Source of the DNA: Elusimicrobia bacterium GWB2_63_16 | GTDB taxonomy: Bacteria; Elusimicrobiota; Elusimicrobia; Elusimicrobiales; UBA9959 | Length of the DNA stretch: 64,000 nucleotides | Assembly (NCBI GenBank): GCA_001799715.1 | Contig: MGTZ01000038.1 | Coordinates: forward strand, 11,558 to 75,557 | Direction of reading: 5' to 3' | Part shown: positions 56,239 to 64,000 of the stretch, in pieces | Position numbering within the stretch: the stretch's first letter is position 1 | How the letters are laid out: the number at the start of each line of letters is the position of its first letter | Position numbers and translations under genes: made by a program | The notes under the pieces: model-generated | What the model saw: the letters and a program-made list of their open reading frames with translations, nothing else | The model's database searches: none | What the model was told of the DNA's origin: nothing

Positions 56239-56958
56239 TTACTGTATCAGGCGCTTCATCTCGGCCACGGCGCTCTTGAGGCCGACGAACATGGCGCGGG
56301 AGACGATGGCGAAGCCGATGTTGAGGCAGTCCATGCCCTCGATGCGGGCCACCGGGGCCACGTTGTAGTAATCCAGGCCGTGCCCGGCGTGCAGTTCCAT
56401 GCCGAGCTCCTTCACGAGGAAGCCGGCCAGCTGCAGCTTCTCGAGCTCCTTGGCCTGCAGCTTCTTGCCCCAGCAGGCGGCGTAGTTCTTGGTGCACAGC
56501 TCTATGCTGTCGGCGCCCATGTTGTGGGCGGCGCGGATGGCGCCCGGCTCCGGGTCTGCGAACACGCTGACCTCTATGCCGGACTTGGACAGGTTCTTTA
56601 TGATCTTCTCGAGCGCGGGGTTCTTGCCGTCGAGCTTCATGCCGCCCTGCGTGGTGAGTTCCTTCGGGGACTCGGGCACCAGGCAGACGGAATCGGGGCG
56701 GAAGCGCAGCGCCAGCTTCTCCATCTCGGGGACGGCGGCCATCTCCAGGTGGATCAGGCCCTTCACCTCATGGCGGACCCGCTCTATATCGGAATCCTGT
56801 ATGTGGCGCCGGTCCTGGCGCAGGTGCATAACCACCAGGTCGCCTCCGGAGCCGTAGACCACGCGCGCGGCTTCCACCGTGTCGGGGTTCTGCTCGCCGC
56901 GCGCCTGGCGCAGCGTGGCCACGTGGTCGATGTTCACACCGAGTTTAACGTTTCTCAT
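56239..56958 (-). CDS. pdxJ: pyridoxine 5'-phosphate synthase
   Basis: 239 aa. LGVNIDHVATLRQARG, HLRQDRRHI, LNIGFAIV. Confidence 0.95.
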   Translation of the reverse strand: MRNVKLGVNIDHVATLRQARGEQNPDTVEAARVVYGSGGDLVVMHLRQDRRHIQDSDIERVRHEVKGLIHLEMAAVPEMEKLALRFRPDSVCLVPESPKELTTQGGMKLDGKNPALEKIIKNLSKSGIEVSVFADPEPGAIRAAHNMGADSIELCTKNYAACWGKKLQAKELEKLQLAGFLVKELGMELHAGHGLDYYNVAPVARIEGMDCLNIGFAIVSRAMFVGLKSAVAEMKRLIQ

Positions 56959-56986
56959 TGTATCCTCCGGTAAATCTTCCCAAAAA

Positions 56987-58354
56987 TCAACGCGCCGCCA
57001 CGGCGCCGGAATGCCTGCGGTAATGCTCCAGCAGGTCGTCGGCGATGGCCTTTATTTTGCCGCGGCTCTCGCCTTCCACCAGCAGGCGCAGCAGCGGCTC
57101 TGTACCGGAATAGCGGATGAAGATGCGCCCGTTGCCCTTCAGGCCGCCTTCCAGCTTTGAGAGTTTTTCACTGAAGCCGGGCACCGCCCCGAAGTCGGGC
57201 TTGCTGGACACCTTCACCTTCTCCACCACCTGGGGATAGCGGCTCCAGTGCCGGCGGAACCAGCTGAAAGGCTTGCCCATGTCGCGCACGGCGGCCAGCG
57301 TCTGCAGCGCGGTCAGTATGCCGTCGCCCGTGGGGGCGAACTCGCGGAAAATGATATGGCCGCTGGTCTCGCCGCCCAGCTTCAGGTCTCCCCTCTCCAT
57401 GGCGTCGGTGACGTTCTTGTCGCCCACCGGCACTTCGGCCACGCTTATCCCCTGGTCGCGCAGGTATTTAAGCAGGCCGCAGTTGGACATGAAGGTGAGC
57501 GACACGCCGTTATTGGTGAGGCGGCCGCGCGCCTTCATGTACGGGGCGGCCATGGCTATCACGTCGTCCCCGTCGAGCTGGTAGCCCTTCTCGTCGGCGA
57601 ACATGCAGCGGTCGGCGTCGCCGTCGAAGCTGATGCCGCAGAACGCGCCCCATTTAGCGGCGGCGGCGGCCATCTTTTCGGTATGCAGGGCGCCGCAGCC
57701 CATGTTGATATTTTTGCCGTCGGGCTTGTCGCCTATCACCTTCACCTTGGCGCCCAGGTCGCGGAACACGCGCGGCGCTATCTTGTAGGCGGCGCCGTTG
57801 GCGCAGTCGAGCAGGATCTTCAGCCCCTTCAGGCTGAAGCCCGGGGGCAGCGTGCACTTGAGGAAATCCTCGTAGTCGCGCGTAAAATCTTTCTTGTGCA
57901 GGCCGGGGTGCGACGGGCGGAACTTGAGCGGCGTCTTGCCGAGCAGCAGCTTCTCGATCTTGTTCTCGATGGCGTCGTTGAGCTTGAGGCCGTCGCTGGA
58001 GAAGAACTTGATGCCGTTGAACTCCGGCGGGTTGTGGCTGGCCGAGATGACGATGCCGAAGTCGGCGTTCTCGCGCTTGACCAGGTAGGAAACGGCCGGG
58101 GTGGGGATGATGCCGAGGTCAACCACCTTGAACTTGCTCGCGCCCAGGCCCTCCACCAGGTACTTCTTTATCAGCCGGCCGGAGGCGCGGGAATCCATGC
58201 CTATGAGCACCACCGGCTTGCCGGCATGCCCCTTCTTCTTATACTTGGGCAGCACCAGGGAGGCCGCGTAGCCTATTTTGCGTATGAAATCGGGTGTAAA
58301 GGGATAATCCCAGGTGATGCCGCGTATGCCGTCAGTGCCGAAAAGTTTGCCCAT
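56987..58354 (-). CDS. glmM: phosphoglucosamine mutase
   Basis: 455 aa. FGTDGIRG, ISASHNPPEFNGIKF active-site Ser loop, FDGDADR. Confidence 0.95.
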   Translation of the reverse strand: MGKLFGTDGIRGITWDYPFTPDFIRKIGYAASLVLPKYKKKGHAGKPVVLIGMDSRASGRLIKKYLVEGLGASKFKVVDLGIIPTPAVSYLVKRENADFGIVISASHNPPEFNGIKFFSSDGLKLNDAIENKIEKLLLGKTPLKFRPSHPGLHKKDFTRDYEDFLKCTLPPGFSLKGLKILLDCANGAAYKIAPRVFRDLGAKVKVIGDKPDGKNINMGCGALHTEKMAAAAAKWGAFCGISFDGDADRCMFADEKGYQLDGDDVIAMAAPYMKARGRLTNNGVSLTFMSNCGLLKYLRDQGISVAEVPVGDKNVTDAMERGDLKLGGETSGHIIFREFAPTGDGILTALQTLAAVRDMGKPFSWFRRHWSRYPQVVEKVKVSSKPDFGAVPGFSEKLSKLEGGLKGNGRIFIRYSGTEPLLRLLVEGESRGKIKAIADDLLEHYRRHSGAVAAR

Positions 58355-58428
58355 TAATTAAACCCCGCTTTTAACAGCGTTATATAATTTTATATTATAT
58401 CATTCTAGTAAGGCGCTGTAGCCGGCAG

Positions 58429-58519
58429 GGAAGGATGGCCGAGCGGTTTAAGGCGCCGGTCTTGAAAACCGGTGTACGGTTAATCCGTACCGTGGGTTCG
58501 AATCCCACTCCTTCCGCCA
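58429..58519 (+). tRNA. tRNA-Ser (anticodon UGA), long variable arm, CCA encoded
   Basis: Folded by hand: acceptor GGAAGGA/UCCUUCC, anticodon stem CCGGU/ACCGG with loop CUUGAAA, T arm GUGGG-UUCGAAU-CCCAC. Confidence 0.9.
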
Positions 58520-58746
58520 GATCTTTGGATTTAATAAGCGCGCGGGCTTGCGCTATTTGTGCCATACCGATTGAATAAGGTAAATTTCATCTTCGGGTGG
58601 TTCAGCGCAGCGACCAAGCGAAGCGCAGGAAGCAAGCGACGATGAAACGGAGGGCAGAGCCCTCCTTGTAAAGCGCCGGACCGGGTTCCTCTTGAGGTCC
58701 GGACGAAGTCCCGAAGCGCGCAAGCGCGGAGGGCGCGGTATCAGAC

Positions 58747-58834
58747 GGAGAGGTGTGTGAGCGGTTGAAACAGCAGGTCTCGAAAACCTGTAAGGGTCAA
58801 ACCTTCGAGGGTTCGAATCCCTCCCTCTCCGCCA
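58747..58834 (+). tRNA. tRNA-Ser (anticodon CGA), long variable arm, CCA encoded
   Basis: Folded by hand: acceptor GGAGAGG/CCUCUCC, anticodon stem CAGGU/ACCUG with loop CUCGAAA, T arm GAGGG-UUCGAAU-CCCUC. Confidence 0.9.
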
Positions 58835-58844
58835 GATTTTTTCC

Positions 58845-58972
58845 TGCGGAAAAAATTGGCGCAGCGTCCGAAGTAAAAGCGGGAAGCGAAGTCCGCCCCG
58901 CCAGAATGATGCGGAAAAATCGGCGCAGTGTCCGTAGCGGCGCAGGATAGCGTAGTCCACTCCGAAGAAAGT
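58845..58972 (+). repeat. degenerate tandem direct repeat of about 64 nt in the tRNA-Ser trailer
   Basis: Units begin TGCGGAAAAA(A)T(T/C)GGCGCAG(C/T)GTCCG(A/T)AG at 58845 and 58910. A related GCGCAGCG(A/T)CC.AAG motif occurs at about 58605 after the first tRNA-Ser. Confidence 0.5.
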
Positions 58973-58973
58973 T

Positions 58974-58997
58974 AAAAAGCCCCGCAAGGGGCTTTTT
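58974..58997. terminator. bidirectional intrinsic terminator
   Basis: A5-GCCCC-GCAA-GGGGC-T5, perfectly symmetric. Sits between the tRNA unit (+) and the XRE operon (-). Confidence 0.7.
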
Positions 58998-59021
58998 AAT
59001 TTAGGAAAGGCGGCCACCCGT

Positions 59022-59225
59022 TTACTTCTCCAGGTAGAACACTTCTTCCAGCCGCTTGCCGAAGTAGGCGGCGATTCTGAGCGCCAGGGTTACGGAGGGA
59101 GAATAGTCGTCCCCCTCGATGGCCACCACCGTCTGCCGGGAAACCCCGACGGCCTTGGCCAGCACCTCCTGCGAGATGTCCTTCTCCGCGCGCAGCACGC
59201 GCAGCCGGTTCTTGAGTTTCTCCAT
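59022..59225 (-). CDS. XRE-family helix-turn-helix transcriptional regulator (YozG-like, 67 aa)
   Basis: LRVLRAEKDISQEVLAKAVGVSRQTVVAIEGDDYSPSVTLALRIA. Confidence 0.85.
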   Translation of the reverse strand: MEKLKNRLRVLRAEKDISQEVLAKAVGVSRQTVVAIEGDDYSPSVTLALRIAAYFGKRLEEVFYLEK

Positions 59226-59226
59226 A

Positions 59227-59574
59227 TCAGTTCCAGGACTTCCTGAAGACCAAAGTTGAGGCGGCCCAGGACACGATGAAAACGTACAGCATGTAGCTGT
59301 AGGCCTGCGCTACGGCCGGGTCGCCCTGCGTGACCGCCTGCATGACGAGAGCGAAGGCCATTACCGCCGCCAGCGCCACATAATTGCTGAGCATCTCCAC
59401 CTGTATATCCCGCTCGTCCGACTCCTTCTTTTTGCGCAGGGAAAGCGCTATCAGGACGGCGACGCCCACGGCTATCAGGGCCGCGTAGCCGTCCCGCAGC
59501 CACACGCTCAGGCCCGCGGCGGAGAACATCAGCCCGGCTGCCGCCTTGCGCATCAGTCTAATTTTATTTTCCAT
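59227..59574 (-). CDS. small multi-TM membrane protein, paralog A
   Basis: 115 aa, about 4 TM. Shares the pattern ME.KI..M...LS...RKK.E.DERDIQ...FRK.WN with the adjacent gene. Confidence 0.7.
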   Translation of the reverse strand: MENKIRLMRKAAAGLMFSAAGLSVWLRDGYAALIAVGVAVLIALSLRKKKESDERDIQVEMLSNYVALAAVMAFALVMQAVTQGDPAVAQAYSYMLYVFIVSWAASTLVFRKSWN

Positions 59575-59575
59575 A

Positions 59576-59920
59576 TCAGTTCCAGACCTTCCTGAAGATA
59601 CCGACGAAGAAGACCAGCGAGAGCACCAGCACGGTCTGCACGTTGCCGTAGGCCAGGCTGCCCGCCGCCCCGAAGCGCTGCATGATGAAAGTAAAGCACA
59701 GGGTAGCCATGAGCGAGCCGTAGCAGGCCAGCAGGTGTATCTGTATGTCCCGCTCGTCCGCTTTATATTCGGCTTTGCGGCGGGCGAACAGCACGACCGC
59801 TATGACCAGAGCCACGAAACCGGCCAGCAGATACGCGCCTTTCATCAGCATATCTGAAAGCACCAGGAGGATTATCAGCCCCCCCATGACCCGCTGCATT
59901 ACCGCTATTTTCTTTTCCAT
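59576..59920 (-). CDS. small multi-TM membrane protein, paralog B
   Basis: 114 aa, tandem paralog of 59227..59574. 1-nt intergenic gaps suggest a single operon with the XRE gene. Confidence 0.7.
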   Translation of the reverse strand: MEKKIAVMQRVMGGLIILLVLSDMLMKGAYLLAGFVALVIAVVLFARRKAEYKADERDIQIHLLACYGSLMATLCFTFIMQRFGAAGSLAYGNVQTVLVLSLVFFVGIFRKVWN

Positions 59921-60177
59921 TTTTCCCCTCTCCCCTTCTTCCTGTTTATTTTGACCACGGAAATAGTATACATCAAACCATACATTGTGTCAAGTATACT
60001 TTACATATAGTAAACGTTTCCTTTCATCATGTAGCGCAGCCGAGATCCGGCAAGCGGCGCGATTTTTTAAATACAACGCAGGGGCGGGCGGAAGGAATAC
60101 AGTACAGCGGCAAAATGAGCGAGCGGCCCTTACCGGGAAAAGTAACGGACGGAATTATATTCAGCCGGCGGCCGGGT

Positions 60178-62631
60178 TCAGTCGGGATCAGACCAAGGCG
60201 GATTTTTACCGATAACTTTAAGCCAGGGCACGTGCGAGAAATTCTCCGGGGGATGCCCGGTAGCCAGGCAGATCTCGGTAAAACCTTTTTTTCGCAGCTC
60301 CTCGGCTATATTATCGCCTTTTATCCCCCCGCCCAGTTCGGCGTCTATGTAGATGGGAGTGTTCTCAGGGAAGGCCGCCAGGCCGGCCAGGAACTCGGCG
60401 GGTTCCGAGAACGTCTTAAGGCTGACGCCGGCGCTTTGCGCGGCCAGCGTCCAGTTCAGTCGCACCAGTGAATCGTCGTCTATCAGCACCGCGGGGGCGG
60501 TCTTCGGCCGGGCCTTAATGGAAATAGGCGCCAGGCCGGCCAGGCTTTTGGGGATCATCCGGATCTTTAAGCGCCGGGCCTCTTCGGCGATGGGTCGTTC
60601 GTCGTAACGGCTGGTCACCAGCACGACCCTGGCCGCGATACCTAATTCCTGCGCCAGGCTCAGCCCCGTTTCCCTGCAGCCCAGGAGTTCATAATCGAAA
60701 AGATAAACGGCGCTGCCGGCTTTGGCGGGCTCCTTCCCGATCCAGGCACGCAGCGTTCCCGGTTCGCTGAAATGCAGCACTTCTATCCCCTGCTCACCGG
60801 CGCGTTCGGCTTCCAGCCGGGACTGCCAGACCTGGTGGATGGTCTCGTCGTCGTCGAGCACCACTACGGGCCTGCCCGGGTAAAGTCGCAATTCAGGCTC
60901 GAACCCGTCCGGGGCAGCCGACCTGGGGAGCGAGATGGTAACGGTTGTCCCTTTGCCTTCTTCCGAAACGATAGCCAGGCTGCCGCCCCAGTTCTCGGCC
61001 GTGGTTTTGGCATGGAACAGGCCCAGGCCGGAGCCGCCGGGCTTGCCATGAGTTTCGCCCCTTTGCCCCAGCTTCGGCAGGATCTCCGGCGGGATGCCTT
61101 TGCCGTTATCGGAGACGGTCAAAAGGACGCTTCCGTCCAGATGCAGCAGCCCCACGTTCACGGAGCCGCTCTCTCCCAGGGCCTCTACGGCGTTGTTGAC
61201 CAGGTTGGAGAGCATGCGCTTGAATTCTACCGGCTGGATCCTGGCGAACAGACCGTAGGACTCCGGGGTCAGTTCAAGATCTATATGTACTCCGGGCCGC
61301 GACTCGAACTGCAGTCTTTTTTCCGTGACCACAGGGTCCAGAATGCAGGAAAGCAGGTAGAGCTCCAGTGGGCTTTCCGGGCCTCCGGCGGAGGGCTTGG
61401 CCTGCTGGCGGGTCTTTTCGAGAAGATTATTGGCGATGTCCCGTATGCGGTTGACCGCGTGCCGCAGCATCACGCGCTTGCTTTCCGGGAGCTGGGGCGT
61501 GTTCTTAAGCGCCGCGTCCAGGGCCGCCAGCGGCGAGCGGATGTCGTGCGCCACCTGCGCGGCCTGCTTGCCCACCGCGGCCAGCTGTACGGCCTCTTTG
61601 TACTCCAGGAGCCTGTCGATCAGCGAGTTGGCGTAGTTTATATATTTGTCATGCGGCAGCCGGCCCTGCTCTATCCTGCTGTAGTTCCCCTTGGAGAGTT
61701 CCTCCATCTTGCCCAGCAGGAGTTCGATGGAGCGGAAGGAAGTTTTGGCCACGTAGACTATTAAAACGGCCACGCCGGCCAGGAAGAGCGGGACCACGAC
61801 CCAGAAGAGGACGCGCAGCAGGCGCAGCCTGGAAAACAAAGCGCTGCTCTTTGCCTGAAAGAAGGTCCTGACGCCGCCGGCCTCTTCGTAAGTGTTCCAG
61901 ACGCTCAGCAGCCCGCCGGAGTCCGCCTGGCCGTCTTTGCCGGCCTCGGAAAACGGGGATGGCTGGACGAAACCGGGGGAATGGTTCAAGGTGACGTAGC
62001 TCTCCCCGATCTTGACGGCCGCGAGGTATTGCAGCGGTACCCCGTTGATGCGCTCGTATTTTTCGGAGAAGGCCGCCAGCAGCTCGTCCAGGGCGGTCCG
62101 GTTCAGCAGCACCGCCAGGTAGCCGATATGGCCTTTGCCCTCGCTGACCACCCTGGAGATCACCACGGGGGTAAGCCCGGCGCCGGTCTTTACGAACTGC
62201 CAGGGCTGCCGGCTTTTAAAATCCAGGCCGGAGAGATAGCCCGCGAGTTCCGCGCGGTTGTTGACCAGGTATTTCCCGTCCCCGGAGACCTCGTTGCAGG
62301 CCTGTATCCGCAGGGCCTTGTCCAGAAAACAGACCCCGGCGTAGCCCCTTTCATTCTTCATCATGGAGTTGAAGAAGAGCGTCAAGCCCTCGAACCGCTG
62401 GTATTCCACCGCCACCGAGAACATCCCCAGTTCGGAAAGTATGGCCTGCGTCTGCTTTTTGAGGGAGAGGTAGCCGTGGATCTCCTTGGCTTTATATTCG
62501 GCCTCCAGCGTCAGCGAGCCTATTATGGCCCGCTGCGCGCTGTTAAGGGAGGTCCTGTAAATTATCACGCAGGCAGCGAGAACCGGGAGGAGGGAGCTCA
62601 ACACCACCGTCAGGAGGAATCGTTTGTTCAT
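60178..62631 (-). CDS. hybrid sensor histidine kinase: periplasmic sensor domain, HisKA, HATPase_c and two C-terminal receiver-like domains
   Basis: 817 aa. Two TM flanking an approximately 260-aa loop. H-box AHDIRSPLAAL, N-box NLVNNAVEAL, DNGKGIP, GSGLGL. Then VVVLDDDE...LFDYEL and VLIDDDS...IYIDAEL receiver patterns. Confidence 0.9.
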   Translation of the reverse strand: MNKRFLLTVVLSSLLPVLAACVIIYRTSLNSAQRAIIGSLTLEAEYKAKEIHGYLSLKKQTQAILSELGMFSVAVEYQRFEGLTLFFNSMMKNERGYAGVCFLDKALRIQACNEVSGDGKYLVNNRAELAGYLSGLDFKSRQPWQFVKTGAGLTPVVISRVVSEGKGHIGYLAVLLNRTALDELLAAFSEKYERINGVPLQYLAAVKIGESYVTLNHSPGFVQPSPFSEAGKDGQADSGGLLSVWNTYEEAGGVRTFFQAKSSALFSRLRLLRVLFWVVVPLFLAGVAVLIVYVAKTSFRSIELLLGKMEELSKGNYSRIEQGRLPHDKYINYANSLIDRLLEYKEAVQLAAVGKQAAQVAHDIRSPLAALDAALKNTPQLPESKRVMLRHAVNRIRDIANNLLEKTRQQAKPSAGGPESPLELYLLSCILDPVVTEKRLQFESRPGVHIDLELTPESYGLFARIQPVEFKRMLSNLVNNAVEALGESGSVNVGLLHLDGSVLLTVSDNGKGIPPEILPKLGQRGETHGKPGGSGLGLFHAKTTAENWGGSLAIVSEEGKGTTVTISLPRSAAPDGFEPELRLYPGRPVVVLDDDETIHQVWQSRLEAERAGEQGIEVLHFSEPGTLRAWIGKEPAKAGSAVYLFDYELLGCRETGLSLAQELGIAARVVLVTSRYDERPIAEEARRLKIRMIPKSLAGLAPISIKARPKTAPAVLIDDDSLVRLNWTLAAQSAGVSLKTFSEPAEFLAGLAAFPENTPIYIDAELGGGIKGDNIAEELRKKGFTEICLATGHPPENFSHVPWLKVIGKNPPWSDPD

Positions 62632-62680
62632 AGCGTGCCCGTCACCGCGGGCCGGCCGGGAAAGCTCCCGGGCGGCGCTC

Positions 62681-63730
62681 CTACCGGAGATAGCTCAGCG
62701 GGATCTTTTTCTCTATTTCGGCGAACTCTAAAAAACCGATAGGGATCTTGTAATGGAGCGTGTCCGCCCTTTTCTTGTTGATGATAAGCCGGACGGTCTC
62801 GACTTTGGCGAAAGGGACGCGGGACAGACTGCGCTTGTTCTTTATGGCCTGGATGCCGGCGGCCGCCGCCTGGTAGCCCAGGTCTTCCGAATTTACGGAG
62901 AAACAGGCCAGGAGGCCTATCATGTGGTTCGCGTTCACGATCCCAAGTTCCGGGATCCTGCTTTCGCGCTGGTAGAATTCGCCTATCTCGTTGAGCGGCA
63001 CTTCCTTGCCGTCCTTGCCGTAGACGTCCCACGGGACCAGTATCCAAAAGGCTTCGTTCACGCCCCTGTGGGACCTGATGGCGGCCTGCCAGCGCTCCCA
63101 GTCCCGGGACTTGATGACTTCTTTCAGCCTGATCCCGGAAGAAGCGCCGCCGGACTTGCGGAACTGCCTGATGAACTGCTCGACGATGACCGAGGAGGAG
63201 ACGTTCTCGCTGGTGAGGATGGTTATTTCGCTGATCTCCGGGTTGATCTTCTTTAGGAATTTCAGGGGCTGCTCGAACGGGTAGCGTTCCAGCACCCCGG
63301 TGAAGTTCCTGTCCGCCGCGCCCTCCGGCTTGAACCAGGAAAGGTCCTTGAGCTCCCGGTTTATCCCGGTCGCCACGATAGGGATATCGAGCCTGTTCAG
63401 GTCCGGGATCAGGTCCTCCGAAGCTTCGTCGTCGAAAACGATGATCAGGTCCGGCCTGAAGCCGGCTATCTCCGCGGTTATTTTCTTCAGCTCTTCGGTC
63501 CGGTATTTCCTCTTCTCGACGTAGTTGTAGTTATAAACTTTCGTCTCAAAGTCCGTTATGTTCTGGTTCCTGAGCGCGAGCTCCACGCCCCGCCTGCCCT
63601 GCTCGTCCCACATGCCGGGGGAGTAACTGAAGACGAGATAGACCCGGAACGCGCCCGCGGCGGCCTCCGCAGGGAGCTGCCACGCGGCCAGGCAGAAGAG
63701 CAGGAGCAGCGCGATCTTGAGCGGCTTCAT
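62681..63730 (-). CDS. periplasmic substrate-binding-like protein (ABC_sub_bind/PBP type) with signal peptide
   Basis: 349 aa. Leader MKPLKIALLLLFCLAAWQLPAEA. Alternating beta-alpha pattern. Lies immediately upstream of the sensor kinase. Confidence 0.65.
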   Translation of the reverse strand: MKPLKIALLLLFCLAAWQLPAEAAAGAFRVYLVFSYSPGMWDEQGRRGVELALRNQNITDFETKVYNYNYVEKRKYRTEELKKITAEIAGFRPDLIIVFDDEASEDLIPDLNRLDIPIVATGINRELKDLSWFKPEGAADRNFTGVLERYPFEQPLKFLKKINPEISEITILTSENVSSSVIVEQFIRQFRKSGGASSGIRLKEVIKSRDWERWQAAIRSHRGVNEAFWILVPWDVYGKDGKEVPLNEIGEFYQRESRIPELGIVNANHMIGLLACFSVNSEDLGYQAAAAGIQAIKNKRSLSRVPFAKVETVRLIINKKRADTLHYKIPIGFLEFAEIEKKIPLSYLR

Positions 63731-64000
63731 TTCTGTAAAACCTTGAACACGGGGAGATCCAGTATGGTTTCGGGCTTCTGCAGGTGGACGGCGTGAAGGC
63801 CGGTTTTTTTAGCCCCGAGCACGTGGTGCGCGCTGTCGTCTATAAAAAGACAGCGGTCCGGCCGCAGGCGGTTTTCGGACAGCACCAGCTCGAAAATATC
63901 GGCGTTCGGTTTCCTGCGCCCGACCTGGTACGAATAATACACCTTGTCGAACAGGTCGTGGAATTTTTCCGGATGGCCCAGCCTGGCGTAGCTTTCCTCC
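63727..64000 (-). CDS. HAD-superfamily hydrolase, C-terminal part (gene continues beyond the window edge)
   Basis: The frame stays open to nt 64000 (EESYARLGHPEKFHDLFDKVYYSYQVGRRKPNADIF...CLFIDDS..H..GAKKTG). HAD motifs III and IV present. ATGA overlap with the downstream gene. Confidence 0.75.
   Translation of the reverse strand, partial: EESYARLGHPEKFHDLFDKVYYSYQVGRRKPNADIFELVLSENRLRPDRCLFIDDSAHHVLGAKKTGLHAVHLQKPETILDLPVFKVLQK

Noticed and set aside
58690-58746. GAGGTCCGGACGAAG resembles the SRP (4.5S) RNA GGUCCGGAAGGAAGCAGC motif
   Set aside because: Only about 8 nt match. The symmetric-loop partner strand and closing helix of SRP domain IV could not be found, so it is not called as an ffs gene.
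58553-59017. 154-aa minus-strand ORF, and the 46883..47380 plus-strand ORF
   Set aside because: They run across tRNA-Ser(CGA), and across tRNA-Gln plus spoVG, respectively. Not credible coding regions.

Overview
High-GC bacterial chromosomal window. I recognised no rRNA, CRISPR array, transposase or integrase. All calls come from reading the supplied ORF translations and the DNA by eye; no searches were run. Left part (0-15.4 kb): a fumA / ankyrin putative lipoprotein / archease / rtcB / aldo-keto reductase gene string; a DMT transporter; a membrane metallophosphoesterase; a HEAT plus permuted-papain-like exported protein; a TPP-riboswitch-controlled thiC-thiD-thiE-PurM-like operon; a stand-alone class III nucleotidyl cyclase; and a PLD-family protein. 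Centre (15.4-36.3 kb): a roughly 21 kb Wzx/Wzy-type glycan locus. It has Wza, a Wzc BY-kinase, a Wzy/ligase-like protein, three GT-C-type membrane proteins, a flippase, two GT2, two GT4, five SAM methyltransferases, WbqC, a CDP-alcohol phosphotransferase and an asparagine synthase fused to a GT9 domain. Directly upstream (36.3-40.8 kb) sit three translationally coupled genes: a 1031-aa coiled-coil protein, a 235-aa coiled-coil protein and a 211-aa proline-rich two-TM anchor. Right part (41.9-58.4 kb): one long minus-strand housekeeping array (pth, ctc, prs, glmU, tRNA-Gln, spoVG, ispE, TPR protein, rimI, tsaB, tsaE, thiL, nnrD, acpS, glmS, pdxJ, glmM). This is followed by two tRNA-Ser genes, an XRE plus two-paralog membrane module, a hybrid histidine kinase with a periplasmic binding protein, and a truncated HAD hydrolase. 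The signals the gene calls do not explain are these. (1) Three long perfect hairpins capped by GGGGACG...CGTCCCC, with AT-rich arms that differ between copies. One supplies the stop codon of a gene. Two bracket a two-gene cassette next to tRNA-Gln that interrupts the conserved spoVG-glmU neighbourhood. (2) The coiled-coil/anchor triad heading the polysaccharide export operon. (3) The AsnB-GT9 fusion inside a methyltransferase-rich glycan locus that has no sugar-nucleotide or priming-transferase genes. Many long antisense or alternate-frame ORFs in the track are GC-driven shadow ORFs and were rejected.
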